Below the pieces are notes generated by a model. The model ran no database searches. It worked only from the letters and a program-made list of their open reading frames with translations, and had not been told where the DNA came from. Position numbers and translations under genes: made by a program. A stretch of DNA of 64,000 nucleotides from assembly GCF_039654945.1 (NCBI RefSeq), contig NW_027362356.1:1-64000 (forward strand), written 5' to 3'. The stretch's first letter is position 1; the number at the start of each line of letters is the position of its first letter. Below, in pieces: positions 1-17,841 of this stretch. Source of the DNA: Dendrobates tinctorius (taxonomy: Eukaryota).

Positions 1-287
1 GGTGCGGACACTTATACTGGGCACAATTTTGGTCTCCGGTGTATAAGGAGATCGCTGAGCGGGTGCAGAGAAGAGCGGTCAGGGTTATTACGGGAATGGG
101 TGACTGCAGGAGACGGGGGCTCACATTGGGGGGTGAGGATTCAGATTGCGAAGATGAAGCCTTAGAGGCGTCTTATTACATGGGGGAAGGGAAAGATATA
201 ATATACTCAATATAGTGTTTGAGCTTGTATAATGGGGGGCGGGGAATGGTATAACGGGTCTCCATACAGGGCAGTGTGAGGACAGAT

Positions 288-360
288 CTCTGGATCAGGC
301 AGTATGAATGCGAAACATCATATAGATTTCATGTTATATGTATCATCATCATCTCCAGAG
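288..360 (-). ncRNA. SNORD41: Box C/D snoRNA, SNORD41/U41-like, copy 1 (TNPO2 intron)
   Basis: Minus strand reads CTCTGGA-GA-TGATGA...TCGCATTCATACTG-C-CTGA-TCCAGAG: 7-bp terminal stem, box C, box D, and a guide complementary to 28S CAGUA(C/U)GAAU. It is sense to the host gene, and human SNORD41 is hosted by TNPO2. Confidence 0.8.
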
Positions 361-1066
361 ACGCGGCCCCCCACCCAGTACTACAAACTGCATCTACTTA
401 TATACATCCGCTTTAAAAATAATAACACCCCCCCCCCCCACACTGCTCTCACCCGCTGGTTACTACTGGAATGGGTGACTGCAGGAGATGGGGGAATCAC
501 ACCGGGGGGGATTCAGATTGGGATGATGAAGACTTAGGGGCGTCTTATTACAATGTACAAATATATGAGGGGACAGAGCTGTATAATGAGATTACACCTG
601 GGCCTGCAACAGCGACGAGGCATCATCACAGACACAGATTATTTACTGCGTGAGCAGAGACACTCGGGACCCTTCACCGTACGAGCAGTCAGACTATGGA
701 TTACCGTATTTACTGTGCGAGCAGTGATACTATGAAAGCAGTGAGACTATGGATTCTTTACTGTGCGAGCAGTGAGATTACAGCACTCTCTACCACACAA
801 TGCTGTAATGGTTGATGCTCTAAAAAAAAAAGTTCAAGGACATGGATGCTTTTCATGGAATATTACATTTTGGGGATAGGAACTTGATCCTAGGCACTAA
901 TCTGGTTGCTGTGTGTGGAGTGAGGAATTAACCCTTCACTGATTATGGGGCAATTAGCACCGGCCTTATTTGCTCTGGGTTAACCCATTAGGTTATGGGT
1001 TAACCCATTAGGTTATGGGTTGGACATGTCCCTGCTCTTCACAGGTCCAGCACTTGATGCACTCAC

Positions 1067-6724
<5,658 letters not shown>

Positions 6725-7019
6725 CTTCACAACCACAGGCTGCAAGAAGACGAAGGAAAACTCAACATCACCAATATTCACAGACGTGCAGTATTGCCCC
6801 TCTGCCTGCCGGGGGCACTGCTGTACTGTAAATCCAACAGGTACTGTCCATTACACTCTGCTGCTGAAGAAACCTACGGTTTAAGGCCGGGAGGAGCGGG
6901 GAGGAGGCCGGCAGCAGCTCTTGCACAAAAGATCCTAGCACTCCCATGCATGGAGGAGTCGGAAGAGTAGTCAGCTGAACCAGTGTTCATCTGACAGTTG
7001 TTACTTCTGTATGGGGGGC

Positions 7020-7470
7020 TTTAAAGGGAACCTTTTACCAGGACTTTTCCACCTCATCTGATAGTAGCATAATATATGGTCAGAGACCCTGATTCCAAGG
7101 ATGTGTCACTTACTTAGCCGCTTACTGTAGTTTTGATAAACTCACTGTTTTTTCAGCAGGTGGCTATCAATAGAGGATTAGTAAACCTGCTGCTATGTGG
7201 GCCTCCCTATTCAAGGGCTCTGTATAACCCCACCCACGCCACTGATTGGCACTTTCTATGTACACTGTGCATAGGCAGAAAGCTGCCAATCAGTGGTGTG
7301 TTGGGATTATACAGAGGTCAGCATTCAGAGATCTGCAATGAGAAAACAGTTTTCAATCAAAACTACAGCAAGCAGCCGAGTGACATCGCTGGAATCAGGG
7401 TCTATTCCCCTAAATTATACTGTTCTTAGATTACATACTAAAAAAAAACCTGGTAACTGATTCCTTCTAA
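7020..7470. mobile_element. Non-autonomous TTAA-type (T2/Kolobok-like) MITE; related partial copy at ~40635-40860
   Basis: Starts TTAAAGGGAACC..ACCAGG and ends CCTGGT..GATTCCTTCTAA. Internal inverted segments CCCTGATTCCA...TCACT / AGTGA...TGGAATCAGGG are present, and CAGAGACCCTGATTCCA recurs at ~40696. Confidence 0.55.
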
Positions 7471-8127
7471 ATAGCAGAAGGTTTCTCCTCTCCCTGCAAA
7501 GCACAGATCTCCCCCAGATGTGTACACAGGATATCGGTCGGCAGCCATAGACACAAGATATTTATCTGCAGATCCAGGTCAGTAGCGTCGGCCGTTGATC
7601 TCACGTTTCGGACCACGGCAGGCATCAGACTGACGTCAGTGTAAGTACATCTGATTAACGGGGTCTCATCTTCATAAGAGGGTATACTGGAATGTACTCA
7701 TACATCAATCATCTGCTACCTCTTATTAATAATCCTCTAGCCTAAAGAAGAGATATTTATGTATAATATACTGCTCATTGCCTAGGTTACCAGCTACCTC
7801 TGCAACCTATCAGAGGTGGCTAGTCTCCAAGACAATGAGAACAACTCTTCCAAGATCTACTCTGAAGATCACCAGATCCGCTCTCCTCTGATGCTGCAGT
7901 GAATCCTGCCTGTGACCGCAGCAGCGGACGGTGCACAGTGCGGACAGTTAGCTCAACCCCAACTGTCAATCGTCAGGAGCGCAACTGATGATGTGATCCC
8001 GAGACAGATCAGACAAAGAGATAATATCTCATGTGGAGGGTCAGATATGGATCCAGTCAAGAAAGGTCCGGGGTTTTGTTCTTTAAGGTGACCCCTGATC
8101 TACCTGGGAAAACTCCAGATTCCTAAG

Positions 8128-8960
8128 GCAGATCCCGCTACCCCCACCCTGCCCCCGGCAGATCCCACTACCCCCACCCTGCCCCCGGCAGATCCCACTA
8201 CCCCCACCAGATCCTGCTGCCCCCAACCTGCCTCCAGCAGATCCCACTGACCCCAACCTGCCTCCAGCAGATCCCACTGCCCCCAACCTGCCTCCAGCAG
8301 ATCCCACTGCCCCCACTAGATCCTGCTGCCCCAACCTGCCTCCGGCAGATCCCACTACCCCCACTAGATCCTGCTGCCCCCAACCTGCCTCCGGCAGATC
8401 CCACTACCCCCACTAGATCCTGCTGCCCCCGGCAGATCCCACTACCCCCACTAGATCCTGCTGCCCCCAGCAGATCCCACTACCCCCACTAGATCCTGCT
8501 GCCCCCAGCAGATCCCACTACCCCCACTAGATCCTGCTGCCCCCAGCAGATCCCACTACCCCCACTAGATCCTGCTGCCCCCAGCAGATCCCACTACCCC
8601 CACTAGATCCTGCTGCCCCCAGCAGATCCCACTACCCCCACTAGATCCTGCTGCCCCCAGCAGATCCCACTACCCCCACTAGATCCTGCTGCCCCCAGCA
8701 GATCCCACTACCCCCGCTAGATCCTGCTGCCCCCAGCAGATCCCACTACCCCCACTAGATCCTGCTGCCCCCAGCAGATCCCACTACCACTATCTGCCCC
8801 TGACAGATCCCACTACCCCCACCAGATCCCACTACCCCCCATCTGCCCCAGCGGATTCTGCTGCCCCCCAACAGATCCCACTACCCCCACCTGTCCCGGC
8901 AGATCCCGCTGCCCCCACCTACCATGGCAGATCCCAGATGCCACCCTCTGCCCCAGTAGA
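8128..8960. repeat. 38-bp C-rich minisatellite (two ~19-bp subunits, CAGATCCCACTACCCCCAC/TAGATCCTGCTGCCCCCAG)
   Basis: Direct tandem array in TNPO2 intron 1. Confidence 0.93.
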
Positions 8961-9258
8961 TCCTGTGAAATGATTGGTCCGGGAACTTTACAGACCCAGT
9001 CAGAGTGGAACAATCACAGCCCGTGTTCACACTTGCACACCTCCCGGCTCCTATCCGCCACATACGTCTCGCTCAATGGATCCCGTCGCATATTGTGGTT
9101 TCCGTCCTCCCCATAAATCACTCCTCCGGCCCGGCCGGCTCCCACCTGTAGCTCTCGCCTGCACTCACACTCACCCCGGCCCTGCAGCCGGCCCTCCCCC
9201 TCCTCTACCTCCGCCGCCGGCTCCTTCCCGCTCCTCTATCCCCCCCGGCGCCGCTCAC

Positions 9259-9485
9259 CTCGCAGGGATGGAGGAGACTCGCAAGCGGCGCAGACACAGA
9301 AAGAGAGAGCGCGCGGGCTGATGACGTCATTTGCACCTTTACAACCAACCAATAAACTGCCGTCAGAGAGGCGGAGCCAGTTCTGTATGACCCCTCCCGA
9401 CCGCCGTCTTTGGCCTGGGCTATTTCAAATGCTGCCATGCCGACTGCGCTACAGCACGTGACCGTCTGAGGGCGCCATCTTTGTT
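9259..9485 (-). promoter_or_regulatory. TNPO2 promoter and probable non-coding first exon
   Basis: CpG/GC-rich island ~9100-9480. Minus-strand donor GAG|GTGAG at 9254-9261, palindromic CRE TGACGTCA at 9322-9329, CCAAT at 9349-9353, YY1-like GCCATCTT at ~9474. The ATG exon has its own acceptor at 6740-6742, so an upstream exon is required. Confidence 0.7.
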
Positions 9486-9780
9486 TTGGGCGCTTGAGAA
9501 AAATGAAAAATTTAAAAGGAAAACTGGTGGGATGTTGTGAGAAGGGGATTGTAGGCGACCAATAAAAACGCTGCTTTCATTTTGGGGGCTGGAATCATGG
9601 CTGTGCTTTTGAGCTGTTTGTTCCTGCTTTTATTCTGGAGCTGTGCGCCCCCATTTGCAGTGATAATCCCCCATAAGTGCACATCACCCTACTGTATATG
9701 GGGTGTTGTAGCCAACGTCATTATTTAACTCTTTAGTTGTGAGACATTTTTGGACTTGAAGGGATATAAAATCAAGTTAT

Positions 9781-10792
9781 CCCGACACCGAGAATAGCTG
9801 ATCGTCCGACACCGGGAACAGCTGATCGTCCGATATCAGGACCCACTGATCGTCCAACACCGGGAACAGCTGATCGTCCGACATCGGGAACAGCTGATGG
9901 TCCGACACCGGGAACAGCTGATCGTCCGACACCGGGAACAGCTGATCGCCCGACATCGGGAACAGCTGATCGCCCGACATCGGGAACAGCTGATCGTCTG
10001 ACACCGGGAACAGCTGATCGTCTGACACCGGGAACAGCTGATCGTCCTACACCGGGAACAGCTGATCGGCCGACACCGGGAACAGCTGATCGGCCGACAT
10101 CAGGAACCACTGATCGTCCGACACCGAGAACATCTGATCGTCCGACACCGGGAACTGCTGATCGTCCGACATCGGGAACAGCTGATGGTCCGACATCGGG
10201 AACCGCTGATCGTCCGACACCGGGAACAGCTGATTGACCGACACCGGGAACAGCTGATCGTCCGACACCGGGAACAGCTGATCGACCGACACCGGGAACA
10301 GCTGATCGGCCGACACCGGGAACAGCTGATCGTCCAACACCGGGAACAGCTGATCAACCAACACTGAGAATAGCTGATCGTCCAACACCGGGAACAGCTG
10401 ATCAACCGACATCGAAAAAAGCTGATTTTCCGAAACCGAGAATAGCTGATTGTCCAACGACATCAGGAACAGCTAACCGGCCGACACTGGAAACAACTCA
10501 TCGTCCAAGACCGGGAACAGCTGATCGTCCAACACCAAGAACAACTAATCGGCCGTCATCGGGAACCTCTGATTGGCCGACACCGGGAACAGCTGATCGT
10601 CCAACACTGGTAGCAGCTGATCAACCGACACCGAGAATACCTGATAGCTGACTGACACTGGGAACAGCTGATGATCCGACACCGGGAACAGCTGATCAAC
10701 CGACCCGAGAATAGCTGATCTGCCGACACTGGGAACAGTTGATCGTCCGACACCGGGAACAGCTGATGGCCTGATACCATGAACGGCTGATC
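9781..10792. repeat. 24-bp minisatellite (CGACACCGGGAACAGCTGATCGTC)
   Basis: About 40 tandem units. The array resumes briefly at 13925-13960 after the LTR-element insertion. Confidence 0.95.
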
Positions 10793-13700
10793 TGCTGGGC
10801 AACAGCTTAGGAGCAGGGTGGGTGTGCCACTGGACCAGTGTCGCAGCCCGAAGCCAAGGACTCATTCCCGCTGCATCAGAAGACCTCGACATGCCAAATA
10901 ACCTCCCGCCAGTGTGGGAGAGACCACGGCCATGCTGATGGACTATCGAGACAGACTGAGGAAGCCACGAACTCTGGTAATTGTCGTCAGAAGAAGGATA
11001 GTCAATTTCATGAATTGGAGCCAAATACTTGCCGTGCTGGAAAAGTGGGGGAGGAATGTGAGGAACTGAAATACTTTCCCAGCACAGATGACTAGTTACC
11101 TCAATTTATGTTGTATTTACATGCAATGACCTTATCTGGTGGGGGAATATGTGCCTTTCTTTCTCTCGGAAGGGGGGCTACTTGGGTTCACACCACTCAA
11201 GACTGGCCAGAGACTTCACTGGCTGTGAATTCAATGTTCATTGGTGAAGGGGGTTGGAATGTTGGATTTGGTTAGGGGGTTGGGAGTAGAGTTGATAGAC
11301 TTGATGGGGGAGTGCAGTTGTGTCTGGGGATCTGAATCAAAAGGAGCAGAGTTAAGGCCGCTCCTGGAACCCATGAATGGACTATCGAACTTGGAACTAA
11401 GTTTTCTTGGGCTTCGGTCATGAGATCTATATTCCCCTAGGAATTAACCCATGGACTATTTTTACTGACTTGTTGCTGATCCCGTGGACTGGGGGCATTA
11501 CATTGGGGTCATCTTCCTGGACTTACTGAAATGCTTGCATGGATACAAATAAAACTTGTTGCAACGTTAACCTGCCTAGGTGATTATTAACACCCACAAC
11601 TCTAGATCTTCTCAAGAGGTGGCAGCGGTGGGATCACCTATCTCTGAACAGCGTAACAGAGAAAGTTACTGATGGTGACTTGGCAGAAGAGATGGCAGAC
11701 TCCATCTACAAGAGACTTAAGTAGGAGCAGCTGAGAGCCCTGTGCTCTGGGACAGAGCTGGAGTGGTCGATGGAGGACAACCGGATGGCCCTAATACAAC
11801 GCTTGGACGAGTGGGATCGAGAACACCCACAGGAGGAGATCAGTCCAGATGTAGAAGAGGACAGCCCAGTGGACGGACAACAGCCGCGGGCAATCATTCC
11901 GATGGCAGAGGATCGATTGACCGAGTTGGGGCGGGTGCTGGCTGCGCTAGGAGAGCGGGCCACAGAAAGAGAACGGGCGGCTGTGATAAGCAAATATCTG
12001 GGTGTCCATGTAGCCGTAACCCCACCACCCTCTGCGCAGATGACAGTGGATAACGGGAGAGAGGGACCTGCATCTTTGAGGTACCGGGACATACCACAGT
12101 TTAATGAAGACACCACGGGTATTGATTACCATCTTCGATTATTTGAGAACCTCTGCGTGCTTCATGAGGTGTCCATTGAGGACTGGCCGAGATTTTTGAG
12201 TGTTGGCCTGACCGGGAAAGCCAGAGAAGCTTTTAATAACTTGTCTTCTGGGGATCAGAGGTGTTACGCTACCATTCGCAGCGCATTATTGGAGAGGTAT
12301 GCCGTCACACCTGAAACCTACCGGAGGAAGTTTCGGGAGACTGAAAAGCCTAATGCACATACGCACCGGGAGTTTGCCAACACATTACATACAGCATGTG
12401 CTCAGTGGATCGAAGGACTGGGAGCTCGGGAAGCTGAACATGTCTTGGATATATTCATGCGGGAGCAATTTATGTCCAAGCTCCCACGTGACATAAAGGA
12501 ATGGGTGGCAGATAGAAAACCACGGAGTCTGGAGGAGGCTGCAAGATTGGCTGATGATTGGTCTGCCAATCGTCCAGGGCGGTGTGGGAGAACAGCTCCG
12601 GCAAGTCGGGAACAGGGGCTTCCCGAGAGGCCAGCGAGACCCATGGTCCAGCGAGAGGAGGAACTGCGAGGATTTCGAACTCTTCAAAGAGGGGGAGGTC
12701 TCCAAAAACTCCAAGTACGGCATCAGGGCGAGGGGGATTAAGCTGCCATAGCTGTGGACGCATGGGACACTTCGCCAGGGAATGCCGGGCCCATTCAGGT
12801 CCACGTCATCCGCATTTCCAACCTGTGAACAGTGTACTGCAATGGGGCTGGAATGCTGGGGGCGAGAAAAGAGGGGGAGGTCCCCCAAAACCCCAAGTAC
12901 GGCCCACATCAGGGCGAGGTGGATTAAGCTGCCATAACTGCGGACGCAGGGGACACTTCGCCAGGGAATGCCGGGCACATTCGAGTCCACGTAGCTGGAG
13001 GAAAATCTCTGAACATTCGGACAGCCCGACTACATTTAGACTGGGGACACAGCAAGGGAATGGTGGATGTGGGGGTAGTGCGACACCTACCTGTGGATGT
13101 GTTGCTGGGCAACAACTTAGGAGCAGGGTGGGTGTGCCACTGGACCAGTGTCGCAGCCCGAAGCCAAGGACTCATTCCCGCTGCATCAGAAGACCTCGAC
13201 ATGCCAAATAACCTCCCGCCAGTGTGGGAGAGACCACGGCCAAGCTGATGGACTACCGAGACAGACTGAGGAAGCCACGAACTCTGGTAATTGTCGTCAG
13301 AAGAAGGATAGTCAATTTCATGAATTGGAGCCAAATACTTGCCGTGCTGGAAAAGTGGGGGAGGAATGTGAGGAACTGAAATACTTTCCCAGCACAGATG
13401 ACTAGTTACCTCAATTTATGTTGTATTTACATGCAATGACCTTATCTGGTGGGGGGATATGTGCCTTTCTTTCTCTCGGCAGGGGGGCCACTTGGGTTCA
13501 CACCACTCCAGACTGGCCGGAGACTTCACTGGCTGTGAATTCAATGTTCATTGGTGAAGGGGGTTGGAATGTTGGATTTGGTTAGGGGGTTGGGAGTAGA
13601 GTTGATAGACTTGATGGGGGAGTGCAGTTGTGTCTGGGGATCTGAAGCGAAAGGAGCAGAGTTAAGGCCGCTCCTAGAACCCATGAATGGACTATCGAAC

Positions 13701-13924
13701 TTGGAACTAAGTTTTCTCGGGCTTCGGTCGTGAGATCTATATTCCCCTAGGAATTAACCCATGGACTATTTTTACTGACTTGTTGCTGATCCCGTGGACT
13801 GGGAGCATTACATTGGGGTCATCTACCTGGACTTACTGAAATGCTTGTATGGATAGAAATAAAACTTGTTGCATCGTTAACCTGCCTAGGTGATTACTAA
13901 CACCCACAACTCTAGATCTTCACA
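10793..13924 (+). mobile_element. Non-autonomous Ty3/Gypsy (Gmr1-related) LTR element: partial internal + LTR + internal + LTR
   Basis: 465-bp TG...CA LTRs at 11150-11614 and 13460-13924, each preceded by a purine-rich PPT (GGTGGGGG..ATA). tRNA-Leu-type PBS GGTGGCAGCGGTGGGAT at 11618-11634. Segment 10793-11149 duplicates 13103-13459. No RT or IN is present. Confidence 0.88.
11692..13248 (+). pseudogene. Disrupted gag (SCAN-related capsid, two CCHC zinc knuckles) plus protease C-terminal remnant
   Basis: ORF 11770-12741 (ERYAVTPETYRRKFR...EQFMSKLP...WVADRKPRSLEEAARLADDW) parallels the gag at 24869-28714. CHSCGRMGHFAREC and CHNCGRRGHFAREC lie in a shifted frame. LPVDVLLGNNL...ARSQ parallels LPADVLLGNDV...TRSQ. 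There is an early stop after MADSIYKRLK. Confidence 0.8.
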
Positions 13925-14334
13925 CCATGAACGGCTGATCGACACCGGGAACAGGTGATCAGCAGGGGCATCAGAAGTCGCACCCCCACCAAGCTGTAAT
14001 GGATGAGATAGGCCAGCAATATAAATGTACTGGAATACCCCTTTATGAACAGCATAAAAAAAGAGTGGCCAAATTTCACCCAAAATTCACAAACTGTTAC
14101 ACCACTGCCAGCGTCCCAGCATGGCTCCCCTCCATGCAGGAATGTCGACATACCACCCAGGCCGTGTCTCTCGGCGATTTTTTTGGTTCTCGGCACGCCT
14201 AGTGCATGCTGCCTTGTTCTTAAAGGCCCCTGCAAGATGGCTCTCAGCCAATAATTTCGAGTCATCTTGTATAAAGGGCCAGACCTGAACTTGAAGTCGC
14301 AGATCCTTGTGTGGGCAGGCCTGAACCCGTAGTT

Positions 14335-14570
14335 CCTGGTCCTTGTGTGGCCAGTACTGAAGGATAGTGATCGGACTGCAAAATGTCCTATGAGGAACGG
14401 ATAAAAGGATCTGAGAAAGTTTAGCTGGCAATAAAGAAAACTCAGAGGAGACATAATAGATGTCTACAAATATCTGAAGGGTGCTCACAGCGTAGAGGGA
14501 TCATCCTTATTCTCATTTGCACATGGAAACCCGAGAAGCAATGGAATTAAACTGACGGAGAAGATACACA
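14335..14570 (+). mobile_element. CR1-type LINE fragment (ORF2 C-terminus)
   Basis: Degenerate GLQNVSYEERIKDL...RGDII.VYKYLKG...LFS...TRSN pattern typical of the end of CR1 ORF2. Confidence 0.5.
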
Positions 14571-16389
14571 ATGACGCTGTAGGTCCCTCCAAATATAATA
14601 TTATATGATTCCATGAACCCTGAAGCCAGTCCAGTGGTACCTGAATCTATATCCGATACCAGTGTGTCTGAACGTGTGCTTATTCGAATATTTTGTGTAT
14701 GGGGACTGTCCTATCTGTCTCTGAATCGGCCCTGTCTGAGACTCTGTGTCAGTAGCCCTTCTGCCCGAGGATCCTGAACCTAGTAGTCCGAATGGAGCAC
14801 TAGTCCTATCTAGTCTTCATACCTGACCCCTGAGGTCAGCAGCCGCAGTACCTGGGACTACTTGGGAGTGGTACCTGGTGGCCAGCTGCAACTTAAGCCT
14901 GACTCCACCATCAGGAGCTCCAGTGAACACCAGGTAACAGCTTAGCTATGCCCCTCCTAGGCAAGTCTGTCCCCATGGCACAGTGGGTCCACGAACCATG
15001 TTTGTTACCTGCTTGTGTAACACAAGCCATAATCCGTCTATGATAGTATTCTGTGGATAGATTAAATCAGACTGGAGCGCTAATGTAATGCACACCAGCC
15101 TACAAAGCAAAGCCCCATACCTACAGTGACACGAGGCAGAGGAACGTCTACACAAAAGTGTCCGCCTACCTATGGAGACATATTGTGGAGGAACCTGTAG
15201 AAAAAAACCTACATCCCGACCTTCAGCGGCACATGGCAGAGCAGCCATATTGTTGTGGGACTAGAGGGATTGAATGTGTTAAAGAAACAATACAGCAGAG
15301 GAACATCATAGCATTTTATAGTAAAATGTGCTCTATAATGTAAGAAAACAACAAAAAAATAGGTCCTACGGCAAAATTATGAACCTGAGATACACATGAA
15401 GGGTTAATAAGGAAAAGCTGGACTGTTAAAGTGGTCCAATAGAAAATATCTGGATGGAAATCTGCTGGAGACAATCACAGTGAAAGAACCTCCCAGAGTG
15501 TCCTTAGAGGGGGCATAAGTGTGAATAGGAGGGGATTCACCATGGTGTTTTACTGGGGGGGCCTCATTAGGTATGCTGTTGTGTCCCCATAAGAGTCGTT
15601 ATCAGCTATTTTTGCCCAAGTGTCTAAAGAAGGTGCTTTCTTATGTATTCTATGGCAAGGGTATTTAGAGGGGTCTCCTCAGCCGTTTATCATAATTGTC
15701 TTTAGATCCTTGCCTGGTGATATAACATGTGCATATTTAGATGGGGTCGTCTCAGATGTACTAGTGTGAGTGTCTGAAGAGGGGGTGTCCTTAGAGGTGG
15801 TCTTTTCAGGTGTTATAGCGCAGGTGTTATTAGAGGTCTTCTAACGTGAGTATCCTAAGATGAGGTGTCCTCAGGTGTTCTAGCCCTAAAGTACTTATCT
15901 GGACGTGTGTTCTATCACAATTGTTCTTAGGAGGTCATCCACAAGTGTTCTAGCTCAATTGTTCATAGATTGATTGTTCTTGGTGGGGCGTTTCTCAGGT
16001 ACTCTAGTACAATTGTTTTTTGAGGGCGTTCCTCACGTGTCCTAGTCCTAATGTACTTATGGGGGCATTTACAAGTACCACCCTCCGATATCTATATTCA
16101 AACGAAGTGTATACCCATTAAAGAAAATTAAAGAAAGGTATAGACATGTGAATAAATAATATTAAAATTTAACTTTTATTATAATCATTAAATTACTCCC
16201 CGGCTCCCTGCGCTGCAATATACACCACCAGCCAATCAGAGGCCAGCAGCTGACGTTGGAGTGCTGGTCACAAGCAGAGCATGACAGTGATATCATGCGC
16301 TGACCCTGCCGGCACACTGGAGTCAGCTACAAAAGAGGACGCTTCACATCATGGGAGCGGAGGAACGTAAGAAGAATCATGTTTTGTCC

Positions 16390-16935
16390 AAATGCTGATT
16401 CTTCTTTTGTCCTTATTCTCCCTTCTTGGTTTGCTCCTTTGCAGGTGTTTTCCATTTTCCCATTTTGGTTTGCCCTATCACGTTCTGGGTGAAGCTGTGA
16501 CAACACTGCATTCACTCTTAATTAGGCCAGATGTATTTTTCTTCAGAGGGACCAGAGACATAGGCCATTGTTCATATGAGTCTGAACATTGACTCTTGTT
16601 ATAGATTGAATTGATGTTTGTGAATTGTTGAATGGCTGCCCTTTACCTATTATATCAGCTCCTACAGTTTATTGTGCGACTATCCATGGAGCAATGATTA
16701 AGAACCGCAAGGTTTGAAACGCGTATGCTACTATATAACTCCACATAGGGGTCTTGTGACATTTATGCCAATTGTATCAAAAATATATTTTTTAATGAAT
16801 TATAAATAAGAAATAATTTTTATGGATATTCTGGAGCTGGACCTTACTTTGTGATCGATTCATTTTCCTGCTGCACCGCTGTCTTCCGTGCTCCTGATTC
16901 CTGTCTACATGTTGGTGAGCTGACAAAACAGCTTT
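16390..16935 (+). mobile_element. Probable Penelope-like element 3' remnant with minimal hammerhead-like motif at 16690-16729
   Basis: AGCA-ATGATTA-AG-AACC-GCAA-GGTT-T-GAAA-CGCG-TA-TGCT, followed by an AT-rich polyA-signal-like region and TTTTATGGA...CTGGAC. The latter is shared with the 59832-59998 insert. Boundaries are approximate. Confidence 0.5.
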
Positions 16936-16984
16936 TTTTTTTCTCTTGTTTATAAAAAATTTTTGTACCATCTGCAGATACTCG

Positions 16985-17489
16985 TGTTACGGTTCTGCAG
17001 CACATGACTAGGGTAGGAGGGGGAAAACTGACCCTGCACTGCGGCTAGGCTGATACCCTACGATGGGGTGGGCGACCCATTCCTTGTGAATAGACCCACC
17101 GACGATCCTAGGCTAATCTCAAGCGAAGACCTATAGATAGGGGGAAGGGGGTCCCTGAAAGATCTAAGGACTGGGTACAAAAACGGGTCACCTCCTAACA
17201 GAAAACACAAATAAGGCTGCAGAAACAAACTGAAAAACAGAAACTAAGACTTGCAGAACCAGAGGTCCCAGAACTGCACTAATTAAACACATAGAAGGCA
17301 AAGCAAGGCTCCAAGCCAGACTTCAAGCGGATTAATACTGTTGTCCAGCAAGGAATGGGAGACAGGTGCAGGTTAATAAAGGGTAATACAATCACCTGAA
17401 CCAAGACAAACCCAGCACCAGGGGAAAAAGACCATCAGCCAGAACACTACAAGAAAACTGGATAGTCACAAACTGAACAGATTCTAACA
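16985..17489. mobile_element. Probable solo LTR
   Basis: ~505-bp segment with TGTTA...TAACA inverted termini inside a cluster of LTR-element debris. Confidence 0.4.
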
Positions 17490-17502
17490 ACTAGATGGCC
17501 AA

Positions 17503-17841
17503 TTGGAATCCCTGACGTCAGTTGCACCAGCCCAAGTTGCAGTACCTACAGCTGCGCTTATGCAACCCGAAACCTATGCCTCTGGAGTGGAACCCATTCT
17601 GTCTGATCCACCTCTTTACTATGGAGATCCAAAGGACTACCATGGGTTCCTGGAGTGGTGTATGCTAGACTATGAAGTTTTCAGTCAGCAGTTTTCCTCC
17701 GATCGGGCCAAGGTGGGATTCCTGATGTCCTACCTAGCAGAAGATGCCCTGGCATGGCTCAACCCCATATGGGAAAAAGGGGCTCCTATCACTTCAAACC
17801 TGCAGGCCTTCCTGGTGGCCTTTCGAAGGGTCGTCGACTAG
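17503..17841 (+). pseudogene. Ty3/Gypsy (sushi/PEG10-like) gag capsid fragment
   Basis: PPLYYGDPKDYHGFLEWC...FSSDRAKVGFLMSYLAEDALAWLNPIWE is the typical sushi-type capsid motif; it is truncated. Confidence 0.7.

Noticed and set aside
976-1021. Short palindromic 20-bp duplication (GGGTTAACCCATTAGGTTAT x2)
   Set aside because: It is too short and has no supporting context; most simply a local slippage duplication.
9772-10792. Regularly spaced 24-bp repeats, superficially CRISPR-like or Cys-rich ORFs
   Set aside because: There are no unique spacers, the context is eukaryotic, and it is a simple tandem array.
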